Made by a program: the position numbers and the translations under genes. The notes under the pieces are model-generated. The model saw only the letters and a list, made by a program, of their open reading frames with translations, was not told the DNA's origin and ran no database searches. Positions 1 to 7,520 of a DNA stretch of 23,038 bases are shown one piece after another; the first letter of the stretch is position 1; each line of letters starts with the position of its first letter. The stretch is from Candidatus Omnitrophota bacterium (GTDB lineage Bacteria; Omnitrophota; Gorgyraeia; JABMRG01; JAFGKX01): the NCBI GenBank assembly GCA_020354945.1, contig CP070655.1:983524-1006561 (forward strand), given 5' to 3'.

Positions 1-2033
1 TCATACCTACCTTTTTCTGTCAAAATATCACCGAGGGCACTGGCTGAACTCTCTACAGAATCGCTGCCAGGGTATTCTTCAATTACCTTCTTAAATTGGG
101 CAACGGCTCTATCTGAATTTCCCTGTTGATAAAAAATCAAACCCGACCAGTAAATGGCATCATCCACTAAAGCATTTTTTGGAAAATCTTTTATGATTCT
201 GTCAAGGCAGGTTTGGGCCCTTCCGAATTTATTTTTAATGTAGTAATATTGAGCAAACCAAAATACCGCATCCGGCACCAATCTGCTATCCGGATATTTG
301 CTTAAAAGGTTAGAAAATATTTTCAGTGCTTTCTTCTCTTGATTATTTCGATATAAGCTTTGGCCCAGCTCATATGTGGCTATCTGAACTATCTCCTCAT
401 CCTTGCTTTTTAAAATAAGAGATTTATACACATCTGTTGCTTCATCATACCGGCCCAAATTATAAAAGCATACACCTAAATAATATGTGGCCTCATCCCT
501 TAAAGGGCTTTGGTAATAGCTTTCTTTTATCCTGTTAAATTGCTCGCAGGCTAATTTAAAATTGCCTTGATTAAAATAGACCATCCCTAACTCAAACAGA
601 GTCTTATCTATGAGCCTGCTTTCCGGATAATTGAGCATAAGATTTTTAAACGCAATGGTGGCTGCTGCATAACGTTGCGTTTTACTAAAAGTCACGCCTA
701 ATTGATATTGGGCATAATCTGCATAATAGCTATCAGGATATTCCGCTAATACCTTGTCATAATAAGCCTGGGCCTTTTTATATTCAGCATCATCCAGATA
801 TATATCGGCAATGCGGCAGATAGAGCTAACTATAAGGTCTCGGTCAGGAGAGATGTCCCCTGCCTTCTCAAATTCTAAAATTGCCTCCTCTTTTCTATTG
901 AGCCTGAGCATTGCCCAGGCTATATTAAAGTGGGTCTGACCGAGAAACTCACTATTAGGAAATTTATCCAAAAGATTTTGATAAACCGATATGGCCTTTT
1001 CATAATCTGAAACGGCATAATAATTTTCTGCTTTCCAAAAATAGGCATCATCTAACAATTCACTTTTATTGAATTTCTCTATTAACTGGCTTAAGGCTCC
1101 TATTGATTTATGGTGTTGGCCTATCATGTAATAAGACCGCCCCAGGCCAAAATAGGCCGAGTCCGCAGCATTGCCGCTAGATATATCATTGACAAGAGTA
1201 CCGAATGTCTCTATTGCCTTCTGATATTCGGACAATTCAAAATAGGACCAGGCTATATTCAATACTGCATAAGGGGCCCATTCTTTTTCCCCGGTTATTT
1301 TGAGTGCATCCTCATAAGCTTTTATGGCATTTTTATAGTCCTGCAACTGATTTAATATTTCCCCCTTTAAAAATAAGGCATCTTTCGTCCTGTTGCTTAA
1401 GGGATATCTATCAAGGTATTTTTCAATTGTTTTTTCTGCCACATTATATCTCCTGAGGTCAAACAGGCATTCTGCTGTCTTATACAGAGAATCTCCTGCC
1501 ACGTTTGAATCTGGATAATCTTCTGTTATTTTTGTAAATGATTCTAAGGCAGACTCAAATAAATTTTGTTTATAAAAACACCAGCCTTTTGAATAATAAG
1601 CGCTGGCTACATATATTGAATCGGGATATTCCTCTATCAATTTTTGATAAAATTTTAGAGCCTGGGTATAATCTCCGGCCCCATAATTGACCTCACCTGC
1701 CCAATATAACGCCAAATGGTTAAATTCGCCCGGGCTTGGCAAATCCAGGATTGTTTTAAACTCAAACAATGATCTAGTATAATTTTTTTTATGAAAATAA
1801 GATTGACCTAATAATATATGGGTTTCTGCAATATAACGGCCGGAAGGAGTTTTCTCTAAGTAATCTTCGAGCTGGGTTATTGCCACATCGTAAAGTTGAT
1901 CATTAAATGCCTTTTTACCTAAAACAAACTGCCTGGTTTGCTCATCGGCAACTTCAGTTTGTGCATATAAAAATGTGCCGGCAAGGCATAATAATATAGT
2001 AAAAGTTGTAATGAGTGGGGAATTTGATTTCAT
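1..2033 (-). CDS. Large tetratricopeptide-repeat (TPR) protein, BamD/CpoB-like repeats, probable signal peptide; 3'-partial (runs off window)
   Basis: Not in the ORF track because no stop lies inside the window. Manual translation from ATG at 2033: MKSNSPLITTFTILLCLAGTFLYAQTEVADEQTRQFVLGKKAFNDQLYDVAITQLEDYLEKTPSGRYIAETHILLGQSYF...ALYWAGEVNYGAGDYTQALKFYQKLIEEYPDSIYVASAYYSKGWCFY...; recurring helical repeats ending in YP.S. The same frame reads ...DILTEKGRY at positions 29-3. Confidence 0.9.
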   Translation of the reverse strand, partial: MKSNSPLITTFTILLCLAGTFLYAQTEVADEQTRQFVLGKKAFNDQLYDVAITQLEDYLEKTPSGRYIAETHILLGQSYFHKKNYTRSLFEFKTILDLPSPGEFNHLALYWAGEVNYGAGDYTQALKFYQKLIEEYPDSIYVASAYYSKGWCFYKQNLFESALESFTKITEDYPDSNVAGDSLYKTAECLFDLRRYNVAEKTIEKYLDRYPLSNRTKDALFLKGEILNQLQDYKNAIKAYEDALKITGEKEWAPYAVLNIAWSYFELSEYQKAIETFGTLVNDISSGNAADSAYFGLGRSYYMIGQHHKSIGALSQLIEKFNKSELLDDAYFWKAENYYAVSDYEKAISVYQNLLDKFPNSEFLGQTHFNIAWAMLRLNRKEEAILEFEKAGDISPDRDLIVSSICRIADIYLDDAEYKKAQAYYDKVLAEYPDSYYADYAQYQLGVTFSKTQRYAAATIAFKNLMLNYPESRLIDKTLFELGMVYFNQGNFKLACEQFNRIKESYYQSPLRDEATYYLGVCFYNLGRYDEATDVYKSLILKSKDEEIVQIATYELGQSLYRNNQEKKALKIFSNLLSKYPDSRLVPDAVFWFAQYYYIKNKFGRAQTCLDRIIKDFPKNALVDDAIYWSGLIFYQQGNSDRAVAQFKKVIEEYPGSDSVESSASALGDILTEKGRY

Positions 2034-2043
2034 GGCGGCTATA

Positions 2044-2072
2044 AGTATAACATAGAGTATTAACTAATGCAA
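2044..2072 (-). promoter_or_regulatory. Putative sigma70 promoter of the TPR gene (TTGCAT-N17-TATACT, extended -10 TG)
   Basis: Minus strand: -35 TTGCAT (2072-2067), 17-nt spacer, TGt-TATACT (-10 at 2049-2044), ending 10 nt before the ATG. Confidence 0.6.
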
Positions 2073-2077
2073 TTGGA

Positions 2078-2146
2078 AAAAATTGGGACAGGTACAATTT
2101 TTTAACTCACGGCAATACGGAAAAAATTGTGCCTGTTCCAATTTTT
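2078..2146. repeat. REP-like long inverted repeat (GGGACAGGTAC family), probable uvrA terminator
   Basis: 26-nt arms aaaaattgggacaggtacaatttttt (2078-2103) and aaaaaattgtgcctgttccaattttt (2121-2146), 2 mismatches, 17-nt loop. T-tracts follow on both strands. Touches the uvrA stop codon. Confidence 0.8.
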
Positions 2147-4958
2147 AAAGGATTTTTTTTAAATACTGACCGGTGAAGGATTTTTTCTTTTTAGTAACTT
2201 CTTCAGGCGAGCCGCAGGCTACAATCTCGCCGCCGTTATCTCCGCCTTCAGGTCCAAGGTCAATTAGATAATCTGCGCTTTTAAGGACATCCAGGTGATG
2301 CTCGATGACTATCACCGAATTGCCCTGCTCGACAATGGCATTTAGAACTGAAAGAAGTTTGTGGACATCGTCAAAATGTAACCCTGTAGTAGGTTCATCC
2401 AATATATAAAGCGTATTTCCTGTGGCTCTCTTGCCAAGGTAAGCTGAAAGCTTAACCCGCTGGGCTTCGCCGCCTGAAAGGGTAGTGGCGGATTGGCCCA
2501 CTTGTATATATCCTAAGCCGACATCTATTAATGTCTTAAGTTTAGATTTAATTCTGGGTATATTTTTGAATAATTCATAGGCTTCATCAACTGTCATTTC
2601 TAATACATCTGCAATATTTTTACCTTTGAATTTTACTTCAAGGGTCTGCCGGTTAAATCTTTTGCCTTTGCATACCTGGCACATAATATAAACATCCGGC
2701 AAGAAATGCATCTCTATTTTTTTCACTCCGTCACCGTTGCACGCATCGCATCTGCCGCCTTTGACATTAAAGCTGAATCGGCCGGGTTTATAGCCGCGCA
2801 TCCTAGACTCGGAAACCCTGCTAAAGATATCCCTTATGTAACTAAACACCCCGGTATATGTAGCTGGATTGGAACGAGGCGTTCTTCCTATAGGCGATTG
2901 GTCAACTACAATTACTCTATCGATATTTTCAACACCAACTATTCTTTCATGCTTACCAGGAACAAGGGGAGAACGATAAAATTTCCTGGCCAGAGCTCTG
3001 TATAAAACCTCATCAATTAAAGTAGATTTGCCGGAACCTGAAACCCCGCTTATACAAGTTAACACACCCAGTGGAATCTCTACGTCTATATTTTTAAGAT
3101 TATGCTCCCTGGCCCCTTTTATTATAAGCCTTTTTCTATTTTTATGGGGGCGTCTTTCTTCGGGTACCGGAATAGATAATTCGCCATTCATATATTTTGC
3201 AGTTAGAGAACCTTTACATCTAAGCAAATTTTTTAATGACCCGCTATATACAACCTCGCCTCCGTTTTTGCCAGCTCCCGGGCCTAAATCGATAATATAA
3301 TCGGCGTTCCTTATTGTAGATTCGTCATGCTCTACTACCAATACAGTATTTCCCAAATCTCTTAACGCGTATAGGGTATCCAGAAGTTTTGAATTATCCC
3401 TTTGATGTAAACCGATACTTGGCTCATCCAATACATATAAAACGCCGACTAAGCCGGCGCCTATTTGAGTTGCCAATCTAATCCTCTGGGCCTCTCCGCC
3501 GGATAGGGTCTGGCTCATCCTGTCTAAAGTAAGATAATTTAATCCGACATTAATCAAAAAATGCAATCTGTTCTTTAATTCTTTCAAAACTAATCTTGCT
3601 ATCTGGGTCTTTTCTTTACTTAATTTAAGATTTTCAATAAAATTAAGTGTTCCTATTATGCTCAATTTGCACGCATCTGCAATATTCTTTCCGTCTATTT
3701 TTACCGCTAAGGACTCTTGTTTAAGACGGTTGCCTTTACATTGCGGGCAGGGGCGCATTGACATAAAACTATAGATGAAATTTTTTATATACTCGCTCTC
3801 TGTCTGCCTGAATCTGCGTTCAAGATTCGGAATAATGCCTTCGAAATATCTATCGGCATTCTGTTCTTCAGAACCATACAGTACGACCCCTTGAGTCTTT
3901 TTCGGCAATCTATTAAAAGATGTATCTAAATCAAAACCGTAATCATAACTTAAATCCCTCATCATGCGATGATAATACAAAAGTAAAGACTTACCGCCTT
4001 TTCGCCAAGGCTCAATAGCTCCACCTCTTAAAGATTTAGACTTATCCGGTATTATCAAGTCGGGGTCTATTTTCATCTTATGGCCTAAACCACCGCAACC
4101 TGGACACGCCCCATAAGGGGAATTAAATGAAAACATTCTCGGTTCTAAAGAACCGTAACTTATTCCGCATTTGGGGCAGGCGTTTTGGGTGGAGTATAGG
4201 ACTTCGTAGTTCGTAGTTTGTGGTTTGTGGCTCGTAGAAGGTTGTTTGGCAACAATGAGGAGGCCTTCTCCGGCTTTTAAGGCAGTTTCTACTGAATCGG
4301 CAAGGCGCTGTCTTATTTCCTTTTTAAGGATTAATCTATCGACTATTATTTCTATATTGTGTTTGAGCTTCTTATTCAATTTTATTTTTTGGCTAAGGTC
4401 ATATATATTTCTGTCTACCCTGACTCTCACAAACCCATCTCTTTTTGCTTTTTGAAATAATTGAATATACTCGCCTTTTCTACCCCGCACTATAGGAGCA
4501 AGTATCATTATCGGAGTATCAAAAGGCATAGAAAATATGTGCTCAACTATCTCCTGAGGGCTCTGGCTGGATATTTTCCTGCCGCATTTATAGCAATAGG
4601 GCTCGCCTACGCGTGCAAAAAGCAATCTTAAATAATCATAAATTTCTGTAGTAGTTCCGACTGTGGAACGGGGATTTCCTCCTGCAGCGCGCTGTTGTAT
4701 GGATATAGTCGGCGATAATCCTTCTATATAATCAACATCCGGCTTCTGCATCTGCTCCAAGAATTGCCTGGCATAAGCAGAAAGGCTTTCAACAAACTTA
4801 CGTTGCCCATCAGCATATACAGTGTCAAAGGCTAGGGATGATTTACCGGACCCGGAAACACCGGTTATTACTGTCAGCTTATTTCTGGGGATGTTTACGT
4901 TTATTGACTTTAGATTATGCTCCCTAGCCCCTCTTATAGTTATGTGCTCTTTTCCCAT
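2145..4958 (-). CDS. uvrA: Excinuclease ABC subunit A
   Basis: Two Walker A motifs GVSGSGKS, ABC signatures LSGGEAQR, Walker B motifs LDEPS/LDEPT, GAREHNLK motifs and CxxC zinc fingers. Start set at ATG 4958 (MGKEHITIRGAREHNLK); the track's GTG at 4979 lies inside the upstream hairpin repeat. Confidence 0.98.
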   Translation of the reverse strand: MGKEHITIRGAREHNLKSINVNIPRNKLTVITGVSGSGKSSLAFDTVYADGQRKFVESLSAYARQFLEQMQKPDVDYIEGLSPTISIQQRAAGGNPRSTVGTTTEIYDYLRLLFARVGEPYCYKCGRKISSQSPQEIVEHIFSMPFDTPIMILAPIVRGRKGEYIQLFQKAKRDGFVRVRVDRNIYDLSQKIKLNKKLKHNIEIIVDRLILKKEIRQRLADSVETALKAGEGLLIVAKQPSTSHKPQTTNYEVLYSTQNACPKCGISYGSLEPRMFSFNSPYGACPGCGGLGHKMKIDPDLIIPDKSKSLRGGAIEPWRKGGKSLLLYYHRMMRDLSYDYGFDLDTSFNRLPKKTQGVVLYGSEEQNADRYFEGIIPNLERRFRQTESEYIKNFIYSFMSMRPCPQCKGNRLKQESLAVKIDGKNIADACKLSIIGTLNFIENLKLSKEKTQIARLVLKELKNRLHFLINVGLNYLTLDRMSQTLSGGEAQRIRLATQIGAGLVGVLYVLDEPSIGLHQRDNSKLLDTLYALRDLGNTVLVVEHDESTIRNADYIIDLGPGAGKNGGEVVYSGSLKNLLRCKGSLTAKYMNGELSIPVPEERRPHKNRKRLIIKGAREHNLKNIDVEIPLGVLTCISGVSGSGKSTLIDEVLYRALARKFYRSPLVPGKHERIVGVENIDRVIVVDQSPIGRTPRSNPATYTGVFSYIRDIFSRVSESRMRGYKPGRFSFNVKGGRCDACNGDGVKKIEMHFLPDVYIMCQVCKGKRFNRQTLEVKFKGKNIADVLEMTVDEAYELFKNIPRIKSKLKTLIDVGLGYIQVGQSATTLSGGEAQRVKLSAYLGKRATGNTLYILDEPTTGLHFDDVHKLLSVLNAIVEQGNSVIVIEHHLDVLKSADYLIDLGPEGGDNGGEIVACGSPEEVTKKKKSFTGQYLKKIL
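4203..4237. repeat. Five heptamers in frame within uvrA
   Basis: ttcgtag ttcgtag tttgtgg tttgtgg ctcgtag. On the minus strand it encodes (S)TSHKPQTTNYE(V). Same TTCGTAG unit as the argH-argG intergenic array. Confidence 0.75.
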
Positions 4959-4960
4959 AG

Positions 4961-5030
4961 AAAAAACTGGGACAGGCACCTATTTTTCTGCTGTTATTTT
5001 TAAAAAAATAGATGTCTGTCCCTAATTTTT
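4961..5030. repeat. REP-like long inverted repeat (GGGACAGGCAC family), terminator-like, directly upstream of the uvrA ATG
   Basis: Arms gggacaggcacctattttt (4969-4987) and aaaaatagatgtctgtccc (5004-5022), 2 mismatches, flanked by A/T tracts. Clearly related to the element at 2078-2146. Confidence 0.8.
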
Positions 5031-5044
5031 AAAAAGACTTTTAT

Positions 5045-5293
5045 TTATCTCTTCTTCTTCTTCTTCTTTCTTCCGCCGCGGGCCATCTTTGCCATAGATA
5101 CATCGCCCTTTTTATCGACGAAATAGAGATAACCCTTCTTTCTCTTGATGCCGGCTTTTACAACCATCTTTGGCGAACCGCCTTTTTTCTTTCCGCGGGC
5201 CATCTTTGCCATAGAAACGTTGCCTCTTTTATCTACATAATATAGATATCCCTTTTTTCTCTTTATGCAGCATTTTAAAACCTTTGTTGCCAT
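5045..5293 (-). CDS. Small, very basic hypothetical protein (82 aa) with two 39-aa tandem repeats; putative nucleic-acid-binding protein
   Basis: IKRKKGYLY(Y/F)VDK(R/K)G(N/D)VSMAKMARG occurs twice; 31 K/R against 3 D. Strong SD GGGAGGTG (5310-5303) and its own promoter. Differences between repeat copies are largely conservative or synonymous, which supports real coding. Confidence 0.88.
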   Translation of the reverse strand: MATKVLKCCIKRKKGYLYYVDKRGNVSMAKMARGKKKGGSPKMVVKAGIKRKKGYLYFVDKKGDVSMAKMARGGRKKKKKKR

Positions 5294-5332
5294 CTAATTT
5301 TTCACCTCCCTTCTATTTTTAACTTTGCAATT

Positions 5333-5361
5333 ATTTTACTCTATTTTTCCGACGAGTGCAA
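5333..5361 (-). promoter_or_regulatory. Putative sigma70 promoter of the small basic protein gene (TTGCAC-N17-TAAAAT)
   Basis: -35 at 5361-5356, -10 at 5338-5333, exact 17-nt spacer, AT-rich upstream region. Confidence 0.65.
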
Positions 5362-5383
5362 GGAAAATTTTTAAAAAGGAAGT

Positions 5384-5399
5384 TTTTGCATATGCAAAA
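5384..5399. promoter_or_regulatory. Perfect 16-bp palindrome TTTTGCATATGCAAAA, candidate operator
   Basis: Exact dyad between the nadX stop codon and the -35 box of the small-protein promoter. Confidence 0.4.
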
Positions 5400-5401
5400 T
5401 T

Positions 5402-6214
5402 TCATGTACCCATCTTTACGGGACTTAATATTTGTTTTAGGGTGGCTATAGCGGAAAGGACCGCCAGGTAGCTGGTTTTTAGATTATCAGGTGCTGGGAC
5501 ATTTTCTGTTTTAGTAATTAACTTACCAAAATCCCCACAGACCTCAACCTGATGGGAATTTCTTTTATAAGAAGGCGATGTAATTATAGTTACGCGTGTT
5601 TTATTAGCGCCTATACCGGTTAAACTTAAGAGGGCTGATACATTTATATTTTTAGGAAATGCCTTTACTGCCTCGGCGGCTGGGCCATCAAATAATATCT
5701 TCTCGCCCTTTATCTTTTTAAGGTTTATCTTCTTTTTAATTATATAAGGTGCGCCCTCCAGTCCTCTTGGTGGCTTCCTGGTTATAAGCCTTGCGCTCCT
5801 AATCTTAGCCTGACTTGCTGCTTTTATAGCGTCGACACCGCCTATAGCGCCGCTGGGAAGATAGACTTTAATCCCTCTCTTTTGCGCTAATTCAAATAGT
5901 CTTTCATGCCCCAATAATCCACCCACGCTCATTAACATTACATCTTTCTTTGCATTAATTGCATTTTTTAAAATATGGGCGCTTACCTTTGCTGAAGCTG
6001 CCTCTATTGCCAAATTGCTCTTTTTAATTAAATCTAAGAGTTCCAAGCTGGCAGGTTTTGATTTAAGCCTCCTGCGTAATCTTTCTAATTTTTCCTTATC
6101 GATATCGCAAAGTCCTGCAATCCTGGCCCTGTCTTTTAGCTCCTTATCAATAACTTTTGCCAGTTTCGATCCTATAACCCCGCAACCTATTATGCCTATC
6201 TTCAATTTATTCAT
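5402..6214 (-). CDS. nadX: L-aspartate dehydrogenase (NAD biosynthesis)
   Basis: Rossmann motif GIIGCGVIG, EAAS, MSVGGL, PSGAIGGVD, TRKPP, FPKNINV, KTSYLA. Overlaps the nadA stop codon (ATGA). Confidence 0.93.
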   Translation of the reverse strand: MNKLKIGIIGCGVIGSKLAKVIDKELKDRARIAGLCDIDKEKLERLRRRLKSKPASLELLDLIKKSNLAIEAASAKVSAHILKNAINAKKDVMLMSVGGLLGHERLFELAQKRGIKVYLPSGAIGGVDAIKAASQAKIRSARLITRKPPRGLEGAPYIIKKKINLKKIKGEKILFDGPAAEAVKAFPKNINVSALLSLTGIGANKTRVTIITSPSYKRNSHQVEVCGDFGKLITKTENVPAPDNLKTSYLAVLSAIATLKQILSPVKMGT

Positions 6215-7161
6215 TTTTTATCAGCAAATACATTCAGCATCCTGTCAACGGCCCTTTTTGCTCTAATTCTTATCTCCTGTGGAACTTCTATCCTGTATTC
6301 CATAAGCTCTAAAGAATGCGCCAGCCATCCTAAAGTCGTCAACTTCATATTTGCGCACAGTAAGCCTTCCGTAGGCGTATAAAATCTTTTATCAGGATTT
6401 CGGCGCCTTAGTTCGAACAATATGCCATATTCAGTGCCTACTATAAACTCCTTTGCTTTTGATTTTTCGACATATTTTATCATTCCGGCGGTAGAGGCAA
6501 TATAATCTGCTAATGCCAATACAGATGGTTCACATTCCGGGTGGGCTATAAATTCGGCATCAGGATAAAGTCTTTTAGCTGCCCTTATCTGGCCCTCATG
6601 GACTCTTATGTGGGTAGGGCAAAAACCCTCCCAGCAAATTATCTCTTTTTCCGGAATTTGGCTTTGAACATATTTTGCCAGGTTCTGGTCGGGAATAAAT
6701 AATATCTGTTTCTTCTTAATCGAGCGTATCAGTTCAACGGCATTGCTTGAAGTGCAGCATATATCAGACTCAGCCTTTATAGCGGCAGAAGTATTAACAT
6801 AAGCAACCACAACTGCGTCAGGATATTCTTTCTTCTTTTGCCGAAGCATATCTATGGTAATCATATCGACCATAGGGCAGCCGGCTTCTTTTACCGGAAG
6901 TAAAACTATTCTGTTAGGATTTAATATACACGCTGTCTCTGCCATAAAGAGCACACCGCAAAATACTATTACCTCGGCATCCGTATCCCTGGCTGCCCTG
7001 CTTAATGCCAGAGAATCGCCTTTTATATCCGCTATCTCCTGTATTTCGTCCCTCTGGTAGTAATGGGCAAGGATAACAGCATTGCGTTCTTTTTTAAGCT
7101 GTTGTATACGTGCTCTTAATTTATCTTTGTATTCTCTGTCATCTTTTTCTGTGTATATCAT
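6211..7161 (-). CDS. nadA: Quinolinate synthase A
   Basis: LAHYYQ, GDSLAL, FCGVLFMAET, AGCPM, YVNTSA, CTSSNA, GFCPTH, AHPEC, CANMK (Fe-S cysteines present). Confidence 0.97.
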   Translation of the reverse strand: MIYTEKDDREYKDKLRARIQQLKKERNAVILAHYYQRDEIQEIADIKGDSLALSRAARDTDAEVIVFCGVLFMAETACILNPNRIVLLPVKEAGCPMVDMITIDMLRQKKKEYPDAVVVAYVNTSAAIKAESDICCTSSNAVELIRSIKKKQILFIPDQNLAKYVQSQIPEKEIICWEGFCPTHIRVHEGQIRAAKRLYPDAEFIAHPECEPSVLALADYIASTAGMIKYVEKSKAKEFIVGTEYGILFELRRRNPDKRFYTPTEGLLCANMKLTTLGWLAHSLELMEYRIEVPQEIRIRAKRAVDRMLNVFADKK

Positions 7162-7511
7162 TTCTTCACAGATTTATTTTTTTCGTTTACATTTACTATT
7201 TTTTTCCTGAAAATAGCTGCCTCTTTTGAATCCATCAAACCATAGGAGATTATTATAACTTTATCCCCAACCTGGGCATATCGAGCCATAGCTCCGTTCA
7301 TGCATATAATGCCCGAATTTACTTCACCTTCGATAACATATGTTTCGAGGCGAGTTCCATTGTTTAGATTTACTACCTGCGCTCTTTCGCCCGGGAATAT
7401 GTCTGCCTCCTTAAGCAGTGCTGAATCAATAGTTATGCTCCCTTGATAATTTAAATTGGTTTCGGTTATAGTAGCATTGTGAATTTTGGATTTCATTACT
7501 ATGCGTAGCAT
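7158..7511 (-). CDS. panD: Aspartate 1-decarboxylase
   Basis: KSKIH, YQG|SITID autocleavage site, NGTRLETYVI, NGAMAR. Confidence 0.97.
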   Translation of the reverse strand: MLRIVMKSKIHNATITETNLNYQGSITIDSALLKEADIFPGERAQVVNLNNGTRLETYVIEGEVNSGIICMNGAMARYAQVGDKVIIISYGLMDSKEAAIFRKKIVNVNEKNKSVKK

Positions 7512-7520
7512 AATAACCTC

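Noticed and set aside
1-3. TGA on the minus strand at the window edge as the stop of the TPR gene
   Set aside because: Out of frame with the ATG at 2033 (codons occupy 3-5, 6-8, and so on); the gene continues beyond the window.
2031-2039. GCCGCCATG Kozak-like context at the TPR gene start
   Set aside because: The window is plainly bacterial; most likely coincidence.
4959-4979. UvrA N-terminal extension MPVPVFS from GTG 4979
   Set aside because: It is encoded by the hairpin repeat arm; homology begins at MGKEHITIRGA.
2078-5030. Autonomous or composite transposon carrying uvrA
   Set aside because: No transposase and no recognisable target-site duplication; retained only as a REP-like bracket hypothesis.
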